From the NCBI GenBank assembly GCA_022823505.1, contig JAJEIA010000034.1, positions 15,492 to 79,491 of the forward strand: a stretch of 64,000 nucleotides of DNA, given 5' to 3'. The number at the start of each line of letters is the position of its first letter. Positions within the stretch are counted from its first letter, which is position 1. The notes under the pieces are model-generated. The model was given only the letters and a program-made list of their open reading frames with translations. It was not told the DNA's origin and searched no databases. A program made the position numbers and the translations under genes. Shown here in pieces: positions 1 through 7,525 of this stretch. This DNA comes from Dehalococcoidia bacterium (GTDB taxonomy: Bacteria > Chloroflexota > Dehalococcoidia > Lucifugimonadales > UBA3495).

Positions 1-1277
1 ATGTTGGGTGAGGTCGTTTGTTCGGCAGCCCAGGCCATGTAATGAGTGAAATTACCCGTGAACTTTTGCCAGTGCTTTCGTCGTCGAATCTTTTTCCCGC
101 GCAATGGCAATTCAGAGTATAAATTGTAAAGCGCTTGCTGCCTGAATGGAGCTCGTTGGCCGGCGCGCTCAGTTTCGTGTTCCCTCCGTACGTCCGCTGC
201 CGCAGTCCCTCTTTTGATTTTCCGATGGTACCGGTGGATGGAAGATGGGCGGATGAGTACGTTATCGCCGTTGAAGATAAGCCCGAGGTATTGAAGTTGC
301 CGTTGAGAGCTGAGCTCCGCGTGTTTGAGTGTCTGCGTTTTCTCGTGGCTACGGCTCAGATTGAGCGATACCAAGCACCGGTCGAGTTCGGCCAACACGG
401 TGTCTGAACCACCTTTCGGGAGCACAATCAGGATGTCGTCACAATATCTCCAGTAGCGCCCTCCCTGCTGGGTGACAAGATCGCGCATCTCCAGGTCAAG
501 GTCCGACAAGTACATGTTGGATAGCAACGGACTCAATGACGTCCCTTGGGGAATTCCTACTCCTGCCGCTGATCCCGCGCTTGGTTTCACGAGGTTACTC
601 AGAACGATTTTGTGCCGAAATTGTGTGGGCGCACACAGCCTTCGAATGTCGCGAGGTCCCTTACGCCGTCTCCTCAGCGGCAGGCCAAGTTTGTTGTAAA
701 GCTTGTGCCTTTCTACAACGCTGTAGTGCGTTACCGCTCGGAACACAGCGAAATGGTCAGCCGGCAGCCTTGTCACAGCCAAAAAACGTTGCCAAACCTG
801 CTTCAGAATCGCATGGTCTATTTGGTCGAAAAACGACTCGATATCGGTAGCGATGATTTCGCAGCCGGGGTGCAGTCTCACAAAATCGAAAGCCTTCTTC
901 GCCAAAGTGATATTGTTCTGGTTGATACTGCGGAATGCGGTGACCGTTTCATTGAGAGCGTTGGCGTTCAGCCACGCTTCGTACGGGCCTTCCAGCAGGC
1001 CTTTGTAACAGGCAAAAATATATCCGTCCTTGTGGGACGGATAAGCAATCGTGCGCGTTTTGGGCTCTTTGATGAGCTTCCTGCCGTTTTCCGTTTCCAC
1101 TTTTTTGATTCGCGGGCGTGTCAGCGAATACTGTATCAGCGGATGAAACGGGTGCCTGGCAATTGCTTGAGCGTTACTGACGAATTCAGTCGCTGCAAAC
1201 TCGCTAAGCGGTAGATCGAAGTGCGGATATGGCTTTTTTGAGTACCATTGGCTGGCCTGAGGCATTTGGAAATCCAT
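1..1277 (-). CDS. Stand-alone reverse transcriptase, defence-type (UG/Abi-like). The C-terminus runs off the left window edge; 425 codons are visible.
   Basis: Not in the supplied ORF track because there is no stop inside the window. My own minus-strand translation from ATG 1277 (alternative ATG 1265) is open to position 3. It reads MDFQMPQASQWYSKKPYPHFDLPLS...ATDIESFFDQIDH...GIPQGTSLSPLLSNMYL...YWRYCDDILIV...LSRSHEKTQ. These are RT motifs 1-2, the PQG/SP motif, YxDD and the xxKT motif. GC is visibly lower than the neighbouring acs. Confidence 0.8.
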   Translation of the reverse strand, partial: MDFQMPQASQWYSKKPYPHFDLPLSEFAATEFVSNAQAIARHPFHPLIQYSLTRPRIKKVETENGRKLIKEPKTRTIAYPSHKDGYIFACYKGLLEGPYEAWLNANALNETVTAFRSINQNNITLAKKAFDFVRLHPGCEIIATDIESFFDQIDHAILKQVWQRFLAVTRLPADHFAVFRAVTHYSVVERHKLYNKLGLPLRRRRKGPRDIRRLCAPTQFRHKIVLSNLVKPSAGSAAGVGIPQGTSLSPLLSNMYLSDLDLEMRDLVTQQGGRYWRYCDDILIVLPKGGSDTVLAELDRCLVSLNLSRSHEKTQTLKHAELSSQRQLQYLGLIFNGDNVLIRPSSIHRYHRKIKRGTAAADVRREHETERAGQRAPFRQQALYNLYSELPLRGKKIRRRKHWQKFTGNFTHYMAWAAEQTTSPN

Positions 1278-1551
1278 CCAACGTGGGCAAGGTCAAATGA
1301 CCGCGGCCTGTCTCCCCCGCCCACGTATGATTTGCTGACCTGGAGGTCTCGTCGAAAACCACCTACGTCATTTCCAACGGTTGAACCGTTGTGCCGCACG
1401 GATGTAATGAACAGGATGGACTCATGCTCGACCTCGTTGTCTCGGCGATTGCCGTGGCGTTGAAGCTCTGCTATAAGCATCCACTCTGATGCCTCCGCAC
1501 CAGATATCGTCATTATACCGTGTAAGCGACGGTCGCGCTACAGTGGCCGGG
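1278..1551 (-). other. 274-nt non-coding leader between the acs stop and the RT start; candidate 5' UTR or structured ncRNA
   Basis: No credible ORF; the 125-aa ORF at 1136..1513 is out of frame with the RT and overlaps it. A perfect TATAAT on the minus strand lies at 1512..1517. An 8-bp stem, 1281-1288 (acgtgggc) with 1319-1326 (gcccacgt), abuts the start codon. A 6-bp hairpin lies at 1375-1391 (caacgg ttgaa ccgttg). Confidence 0.3.
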
Positions 1552-3456
1552 CTACTCCTCCAGCGTCGTTATGTCCCCCGGGTCCAGGCCCAGCTCCTGT
1601 GCTTTCAGCAAACGGCGCATGATCTTGCCGGAGCGGGTCTTGGGCAGCGTCGGCGTGAACTCGATCTCCGAGGGGACGGCGATGGGTCCCAGCTCCCGGC
1701 GCACGTGCAACTGCAGGTCGTTGACCATGCGGTCGGAGCCCTCGCTGCCCATGCGCAGGGTGACGAAGCCCTTGATCACCTCGCCGCGCAGCGCGTCCGG
1801 CTTGCCGATGACCGCCGCCTCGGCTACCTCCGGGTGCGACACCAGCGCCGACTCCACCTCGGCGGAGCCGATGCGGTGGCCGGCAACGTTGAGCACGTCA
1901 TCGGCGCGGCCCACCACCATGTAGTAGCCGTCGGCGTCACGCAGGGCCACGTCGCCCGAAGAGTACACGCCGGGGATCTGCTGCCAGGTGTCGGCGTAGC
2001 GGTCCGGGTCGCCCCACACGGTGCGGGAGAAGTGCGGGAAGGGACGGCGGATCACCAGGAAGCCGCCCTTGTCCGGCTCCTCGATGGGCTGGCCCTCACG
2101 GTCGACGATGTCCATCACCGCGCCGGGCAGTGGCTTGCCCACCCGACCGGGACGGGTCGTCATGTTTGCGGTCGTACCCAGGCATGGGCCTCCCGTCTCG
2201 GTCTGCCACCAGTTGTCCACCATGTGGGCCCACTCGCCGCTGCCGCAGATGTGCTCATAGGCCCAGCGCAGCGCCTCGGGGTTGAGCGGCTCGCCGGCGC
2301 AGGTCAGGAAACGGAGCGAGCGCAGGTTGTACCGGCTGGCCGGCTCCTCGCCGTACCGCATCAGCATTCGCACCGCCGTGGGCGCGGTGAAGATGACGTT
2401 GACGCCGTACTTCTCGATGACCTCGTAGAAGACGGCGTTGTGGGGGAAGTCGGGCGCGCCCTCACGGAACACGGTGGTGGCGCCGGCGACCAGGGGAGCG
2501 TACACGATGTAGCTGTGACCAACGACCCAGCCGATATCGGACATGCACCAGAAGACGTCGTTGTCCTTCACATCCCAGAAGTTCTTGAAGTGGTAGTGGG
2601 TGCCCACCATGTAACCGCCGTGGACGTGGACGACGCCCTTGGGCCGGCCGGTGGTGCCGCTGGTGTAGAGGATGTACAGGGGCTCCTCGGCGTCCATGAC
2701 CTCGGCGGGACAGTCGATGCTGCTGCGCGCCATGAGGCCGTCGAAGTCGGTCTCACCGTCGCGCAGGCCCTCCAGAGCCAGCTCGCGGCGGAAGACGACG
2801 ACATGCTCCAGGCTGTCGCAGCCCTCCACGGCTTCGTCGGCGATGCCCTTGAGGTCGACGCGGTTGCCCCGGCGATAGCCGACATCCCCGGTGATTAGCG
2901 CCTTGGCGCTGGCGTCCTGGATGCGATCGCGCAGGGAGCCCACGCTGAAGCCGGCGTAGACCACGCTGTGGATGGCGCCGATGCGCGCGCAGGCCAGCAT
3001 GCTGATGGCGCCCTCGGGGGTCAGCGGCATGTAGATGACGACCCGGTCGCCCTTGCCCACGCCCAGGGACTTCAGCCCGTTGGCGAATCGATTGACCTGC
3101 TGGGCCAGGCGGGCGTAGGTGTAGACCTGCTCGGTGCCGTCCTCGCCCAGCCAGATCAGCGCCGCCTTGTTGCGCCGCTCGGTGGTAAGGTGGCGGTCCA
3201 GCGCATTGTAGGCGATGTTGGTCTGCCCGCCCACGAACCAACGGAAGTTGGGGTAGTCCCACTGGAAGACATCATCCCAGCGGCGGAACCAGTGTAGTTC
3301 CTCAGCGGCTTCGGCCCAGAAGCCTTCGGGATCCGCCACGGATCGGGCGTAGACGCCGTCGTAGTCGGACATGGTGGCCTGCTCGACCACGTGTGGCGGA
3401 GGCGGGATCTCCCCAGCCTCCTGCAAGAGATGGTCAATCTGTCCCTGCTGAACCAT
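1552..3456 (-). CDS. acs: Acetyl-CoA synthetase / acyl-CoA ligase (AMP-forming)
   Basis: 634 aa with the AMP-binding signature YTSGTTGRPKGV, an N-terminal DPEGFW region and a C-terminal PKTRSGKIMRR typical of Acs-family ligases. Confidence 0.9.
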   Translation of the reverse strand: MVQQGQIDHLLQEAGEIPPPPHVVEQATMSDYDGVYARSVADPEGFWAEAAEELHWFRRWDDVFQWDYPNFRWFVGGQTNIAYNALDRHLTTERRNKAALIWLGEDGTEQVYTYARLAQQVNRFANGLKSLGVGKGDRVVIYMPLTPEGAISMLACARIGAIHSVVYAGFSVGSLRDRIQDASAKALITGDVGYRRGNRVDLKGIADEAVEGCDSLEHVVVFRRELALEGLRDGETDFDGLMARSSIDCPAEVMDAEEPLYILYTSGTTGRPKGVVHVHGGYMVGTHYHFKNFWDVKDNDVFWCMSDIGWVVGHSYIVYAPLVAGATTVFREGAPDFPHNAVFYEVIEKYGVNVIFTAPTAVRMLMRYGEEPASRYNLRSLRFLTCAGEPLNPEALRWAYEHICGSGEWAHMVDNWWQTETGGPCLGTTANMTTRPGRVGKPLPGAVMDIVDREGQPIEEPDKGGFLVIRRPFPHFSRTVWGDPDRYADTWQQIPGVYSSGDVALRDADGYYMVVGRADDVLNVAGHRIGSAEVESALVSHPEVAEAAVIGKPDALRGEVIKGFVTLRMGSEGSDRMVNDLQLHVRRELGPIAVPSEIEFTPTLPKTRSGKIMRRLLKAQELGLDPGDITTLEE

Positions 3457-3595
3457 AAAAGCGCACCTCGCACATGAGCGTGTTGAGTGCGCCTATTGTA
3501 GCGGGAACGGCGGGATGATGTTTTTGAAAGCGTTTAGGCTCGACTTATCGCCGGACGGTTGCGGGCCGCATCGGGCCGCAGCCGCCGGTTGACGG

Positions 3596-3991
3596 CTATG
3601 ACTCAGCCGGTCCTGGGAATACGGAGGCGAGATTCTGGTCGAAGGTCATCATTTCGCTAACGCCGCGACGTTGGCAGGAGGCGATATGACAGAGGTCGCG
3701 GGCGGACAGGCCGGGGTGTTGCTCGTGGAGCTGGCGGGCGAGCAGGACGTCTTCGCGTTCGAGGGGCCAGACTTCAACACCCAAGCGGTAGAGAATTTCC
3801 ACGGCCGAATTGAACACCTCTCCCCGGTCTACGCGTGGATAAGCGTGTGCCAATTCTTGCAACACCTCCGCAGAAGTGCACAGTTGGATGCCGTTAACGT
3901 ACGATTGGTCGAAGAAATTCCACGCCGTTTCTTGCAAGGGGTGAGGGTCTCCCACGGTATACATGAACACGTTTGTATCGACGAAAGTCAT
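3596..3991 (-). CDS. vapC: PIN-domain toxin (VapC-like)
   Basis: MTFVDTNVFMY... is a typical PIN N-terminus. The ATG at 3991 overlaps the upstream antitoxin stop (ATGA, 3988-3991). The track ORF's longer N-terminal extension is unlikely. Confidence 0.75.
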   Translation of the reverse strand: MTFVDTNVFMYTVGDPHPLQETAWNFFDQSYVNGIQLCTSAEVLQELAHAYPRVDRGEVFNSAVEILYRLGVEVWPLEREDVLLARQLHEQHPGLSARDLCHIASCQRRGVSEMMTFDQNLASVFPGPAES

Positions 3992-4269
3992 ACTTCGGGC
4001 AACCCGTGCCGACGGGACTCGTCGATATTCTTGAGGTGCTCTTCCCAATCGGGTTCGGGCCCCGGACCTGCGTTGGCTGCTATCTCTCGGAAAAACGCCC
4101 TCAGCTCTTCGACCGACCGAAATCTAACGTCGGCTGGAGCCGCTGGTCGCGGACTGTGCTGCCGCGCCACCGAAATCAGCCAGGCGTCCAGCGTCTTGCC
4201 TTCGCGCTGAGCCTGCTCAGCAAAGCGCTGGCGGTCTTCCTCGGGTATGTCGAGCTGGATCGTAGCCAT
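3988..4269 (-). CDS. Small antitoxin (VapB-like or RHH-like) paired with the PIN toxin
   Basis: 93 aa, charged, lying immediately upstream of the PIN gene with a 4-nt overlap. This is the classic type II TA arrangement. Confidence 0.65.
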   Translation of the reverse strand: MATIQLDIPEEDRQRFAEQAQREGKTLDAWLISVARQHSPRPAAPADVRFRSVEELRAFFREIAANAGPGPEPDWEEHLKNIDESRRHGLPEV

Positions 4270-4330
4270 GGTGTCACCTTCCCTGCAAGATAGGATAGCA
4301 CTTCGCAGCGGTCTCTAACTCGCCACGCCG

Positions 4331-4360
4331 TTGACCCGCCGCGCCGTCGCGCCCTACAAT
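4331..4360 (+). promoter_or_regulatory. Sigma70-like promoter for the rhodanese gene
   Basis: TTGACC (4331-4336), an 18-nt spacer, then TACAAT (4355-4360), about 35 nt upstream of the ATG at 4396. Confidence 0.4.
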
Positions 4361-4395
4361 CCGGGGACTTTCTACCTGAACGCAGGAGCCGCTCC

Positions 4396-5235
4396 ATGAC
4401 GACCCACACCGACGACTACGCGCACCCCGAATACCTGACCGACGCAGCGTGGGTGGCCGCTCACCTGGATGATCCCGACTTGGTGGTGCTGGATTGCGCC
4501 AACACCGCCGATGCCTGGCAACGGGGACACATTCCCGGCGCTCATCACGTCGCCGACAACTGGGCCAAGAACCCCGACACCAACCGGCAGCACGTCATGA
4601 CGCCCGAGCAGTTCAAGGCCATGGCCGAGGGCCTCGGCATCGGCGACGACACCACGGTGATCACCTACGACCATGCCCAGGGGCTCACGGCGGCGCGCAT
4701 CTGGTGGGTGTTCAGCTACTACGGCCACAGCAAGGTGAAGGTGCTCAACGGCGGCTGGCGGGCGTGGGTCAACGCCGGTCAATCCGTCGACTTCGGGCGA
4801 GCCAGGGCTCCGGCGGCGGTGACCTTCACGCCTCGGGCCGACGAGTCGTTCATCGCCACCGGCGACGAGCTCAAGGAGGCCTGCACTCTGGACAACGTGG
4901 TGGTCTGGGACGTGCGCAGCGACGCCGAGTGGGACGGCACTGCCGAGAACTATCGCAACAAGCGCGTGGGCCACGTGCCCGGCGCGGTGCACCTGGAGTG
5001 GTTCCACCTGATGGACCGCAACACCCACGAGTTCAAGCCGGCTGCCGAGATCCGGCGCATCCTGACGGAGCACGGCATCACCCCCGACAAGACGGCCTAC
5101 TCCTATTGACAGGCCGGCATCCGTGCGGCGCACGGAAACTTCGTACTCCGCCTGGTCGGTTTCGAGAACGCCAAAAACTACGATGCGTCCATGGGAGAGT
5201 GGGCCAACCGGGACGACACGCCCCTGACCGTGTGA
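4396..5235 (+). CDS. Two-domain rhodanese / thiosulfate sulfurtransferase with an in-frame TGA (5107-5109) at the catalytic Cys position. Either a selenocysteine candidate or a point-mutated pseudogene.
   Basis: The track ORF stops at ...PDKTAYSY*. The same frame continues without interruption as QAGIRAAHGNFVLRLVGFENAKNYDASMGEWANRDDTPLTV* (stop 5233-5235). This gives a roughly 279-aa protein of normal two-domain rhodanese length. The TGA sits exactly where the active-site loop C-x-x-G-x-R begins. Confidence 0.6.
5120..5136 (+). promoter_or_regulatory. Hairpin downstream of the in-frame UGA (SECIS-like candidate)
   Basis: tccgtgc-ggc-gcacgga is a perfect 7-bp stem starting 11 nt after the UGA, with a G-rich apical loop about 18-20 nt from the UGA. 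Confidence 0.35.
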
Positions 5236-5267
5236 GGCAGGGTGTCTGTGGAGTTGGAAGGCCGCCC

Positions 5268-5498
5268 ATGAAAATACTGAGCCCGACGATGAACATATCG
5301 GGCGGCGCCGCCATCGTTTCCGGTGGGGCGGCGCTGCTGTTGATCGGCTACCTGCTCTACCGGCAGACCCGACAAGCCGAAGGACGCGCGGTGGCTGCGG
5401 AGGCCACCGTGGAGCAGTTGCGCGCTGAAATGGCCGATCTGCGAGCCGAAACGGCGTCGCTGCGGGACCAGCGCCGGCGCAACCGTCGGAAGCGCTAG
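5268..5498 (+). CDS. Small membrane-anchored coiled-coil protein (hypothetical)
   Basis: MKILSPTMNISGGAAIVSGGAALLLIGYLLY (TM helix) followed by a charged helical tail. A GGAAGG RBS lies about 7 nt upstream. It forms the last 77 codons of a longer spurious track ORF. Confidence 0.45.
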   Translation: MKILSPTMNISGGAAIVSGGAALLLIGYLLYRQTRQAEGRAVAAEATVEQLRAEMADLRAETASLRDQRRRNRRKR

Positions 5499-5507
5499 CG
5501 CTCGGCG

Positions 5508-6056
5508 ATGGCCCGAAGGGTGCGGATACGGCGGGTCATCGATGGCGACTCGCTGGAGGTCAAGTACGCCGGGTTGTTCAGCTTCCTGCGCCGGCCGTTT
5601 CCGGTGCGGCTCTACGGCATCGATGCGCCGGAGTTGGCGCAGCCCTACGGACAGGAGTCGCGCAAGCAGCTCGAATCTCTGGTGCGCCGGGGCGGGATGC
5701 ACATGGAGGCGATGGCGACGGACCGTTACGGGCGCACGGTGGGGCTGCTCTACCGACGGCGCCGCCGGGGTCAATCGGTCAACGTGGAGATGGTGCGCGC
5801 CGGCATGGCGTGGTGGTATCGCCGCTACGGAGGCAGAGACTTGGGGTTCCCGCAGGCGGAGGCCGAGGCCAAGCGGCAGCGGCGCGGCCTGTGGCGGGAT
5901 GGCAACCGCGCCCGGGCTCCCTGGGATTATCGGGCAGACCTGCGGCGGGCGCGGCAACGGCGGCGACGCATCCGGCGCATTCTCACCTGGGCATTGACCG
6001 GCTTGTTTGCCATCGTGCTGGCGGGGATGGCTTTGGCGATCTACACTCAATTGTAA
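5508..6056 (+). CDS. Thermonuclease (staphylococcal nuclease-like) with a C-terminal TM anchor
   Basis: VIDGDSLEV...VRLYGIDAPE...GRTVG...VNVEMVRAGMAW...AEAKRQRRGLW are SNase-fold hallmarks. The C-terminal segment ILTWALTGLFAIVLAGMALAIY is hydrophobic. Confidence 0.8.
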   Translation: MARRVRIRRVIDGDSLEVKYAGLFSFLRRPFPVRLYGIDAPELAQPYGQESRKQLESLVRRGGMHMEAMATDRYGRTVGLLYRRRRRGQSVNVEMVRAGMAWWYRRYGGRDLGFPQAEAEAKRQRRGLWRDGNRARAPWDYRADLRRARQRRRRIRRILTWALTGLFAIVLAGMALAIYTQL

Positions 6057-6062
6057 TGGCGG

Positions 6063-7478
6063 CTACGGTACCAGGGGATGCCCGATCAGTCCCCAGTACG
6101 GGACCACCCCCAGCAGCAGCACCGCCGTGACCAGCACGGTCATGGTGATGGCCAGCCGGAAAATCTCGGGGTTGGAGATGTTGGCCCGCTGGAAGATGAA
6201 CACGCTGGCCGTCCCGCCCGCGCTGTAGTACACCACCGAGTCGCCCACCACCACCGCCGCCATGCCGCACACCAGCGGGTCCAGACCCAGCGACTCCGCG
6301 GCGGCCATGGTGACCGGGATCACCAGCGCCAGGTAGCCGGCGATGTTGGGCAGGATGAACCGCAGCATCGCGAAGCACACGCACAGCATCAACAGCACCA
6401 GCATGGGCGCGGACGCCAGTTGCGCCACGGCTCCAACCAGCGTCGCCGAGAACCACGCCGCCGCTCCGGTGGTCACCAGCGTATGTGACAACGACAGCGA
6501 TGTGGCGATGATGAAAAAGTTCGACCAGCCCAGGTCGCGCTCGAATTCCCGCCAGGTAAGGATCCCCACCCTGGGCAACAGGATCAGGCACATCGCGATA
6601 ATTGCGGGAACCGACGGATGCAGCCCGTGGGCGAAATCGGTGAACCAAAGCAGGGCGGTGAGCACAACGATTGCGCCGGCACGCAATTCCATGGGGCTGA
6701 TTCGGCCCAGCGACACGGAAGCGGCCACGTCGTCCTCTTCCAGGCGGAACCCCGACCGGTAGAAGACGAACACTACGATCCCGCCCACCACCAGGTTGGC
6801 GTAGAAGGGCACGCTCATCAGCACAAACCACTGGGACCACGAAAAATCGCCCAGCAGGCCGGAGGCAACCACGGGAGTTATGCCGCCGGCCAGCAGCGCG
6901 GTGGAGCCCAGCCGGTTCAGGCTCCCCATGGCAATCATCGTCGCCTTGTACAGCGGGTGTTCCTTGGGGATGTTCCAGCGCTCCAGGACCTGCTCGTACA
7001 CGTGCACCATGATGGCGCCCCGGGTGCTGGCCGAAGGCAGGGCGAAGGTCAGCGCGGCGAAGGAGAACAGCATCTGCACGTAGAGCAGGCGCGGACTTCC
7101 GGCCGCCCCGCGCATCAGGTAGATTGCCAGCCGCTCGGCCAGTCCCGAGCGATGCACCGCGAGCCCCAGGGTCAGGATACCGATCAGGAAGTAGGACACC
7201 GGTTGGGAGAAGCCGTACAGCGCGGGTCCGATGTCGGGCACGGCGCCCACCAACACCAGCAGCACCACGCCACCCACGCCGGCCACCGGGACAGGTATTG
7301 CCTCCGTGGCCCACAGGATCACCGCCAGGAGCATGACGGCCAGGGCACGCTGGCCCGGCTCGGTCAACCCCACGGGTGTGGGCATGAGCAGGATGCCCAG
7401 GAACACCGCGACGGCCAGCAACAGCTTGGCCGCCGTCCCGCCGCGCAAGGCGGGAGCAATGGTGGATATAGCGGACAA
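6063..7478 (-). CDS. Ion-transporter-superfamily anion permease (SLC13/DASS-like or ArsB/NhaD-like)
   Basis: 471 aa and polytopic. The N-terminus, ...LLMPTPVGLTEPGQRALAVMLLAVILWATEAIPVPV, is typical of DASS/CitT-like permeases. Confidence 0.65.
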   Translation of the reverse strand: MSAISTIAPALRGGTAAKLLLAVAVFLGILLMPTPVGLTEPGQRALAVMLLAVILWATEAIPVPVAGVGGVVLLVLVGAVPDIGPALYGFSQPVSYFLIGILTLGLAVHRSGLAERLAIYLMRGAAGSPRLLYVQMLFSFAALTFALPSASTRGAIMVHVYEQVLERWNIPKEHPLYKATMIAMGSLNRLGSTALLAGGITPVVASGLLGDFSWSQWFVLMSVPFYANLVVGGIVVFVFYRSGFRLEEDDVAASVSLGRISPMELRAGAIVVLTALLWFTDFAHGLHPSVPAIIAMCLILLPRVGILTWREFERDLGWSNFFIIATSLSLSHTLVTTGAAAWFSATLVGAVAQLASAPMLVLLMLCVCFAMLRFILPNIAGYLALVIPVTMAAAESLGLDPLVCGMAAVVVGDSVVYYSAGGTASVFIFQRANISNPEIFRLAITMTVLVTAVLLLGVVPYWGLIGHPLVP

Positions 7479-7525
7479 CTGACTCGCCGGCGTCGTGCGA
7501 GCGCGTCAAACCCGGGCCGGGGCGA

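Noticed and set aside
612-1214. 200-aa plus-strand ORF, together with the 125-aa minus ORF at 1136..1513
   Set aside because: Both overlap the RT reading frame, one antisense and one out of frame, and neither has recognisable motifs. The RT frame carries canonical catalytic motifs.
1489-2898. 469-aa plus-strand ORF
   Set aside because: It is antisense to the well-supported acs gene. Its composition is Arg/Ala/Gly/His-rich low complexity, typical of a high-GC shadow ORF.
5107-5109. The idea that TGA is reassigned genome-wide (alternative genetic code)
   Set aside because: Several well-supported genes in the window terminate at TGA at the expected protein length: the vapB-like gene, cbiD, pyrB, pyrR and the rhodanese itself at 5233.
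4494-5498. 334-aa plus-strand ORF
   Set aside because: Most of it is an out-of-frame shadow of the rhodanese gene. Only the last 77 codons (5268..5498) look like a real small gene.
5983-7509. 508-aa minus-strand ORF
   Set aside because: It is an alternative frame of the 471-aa permease gene (6063..7478). The permease frame gives coherent TM helices and this one does not.
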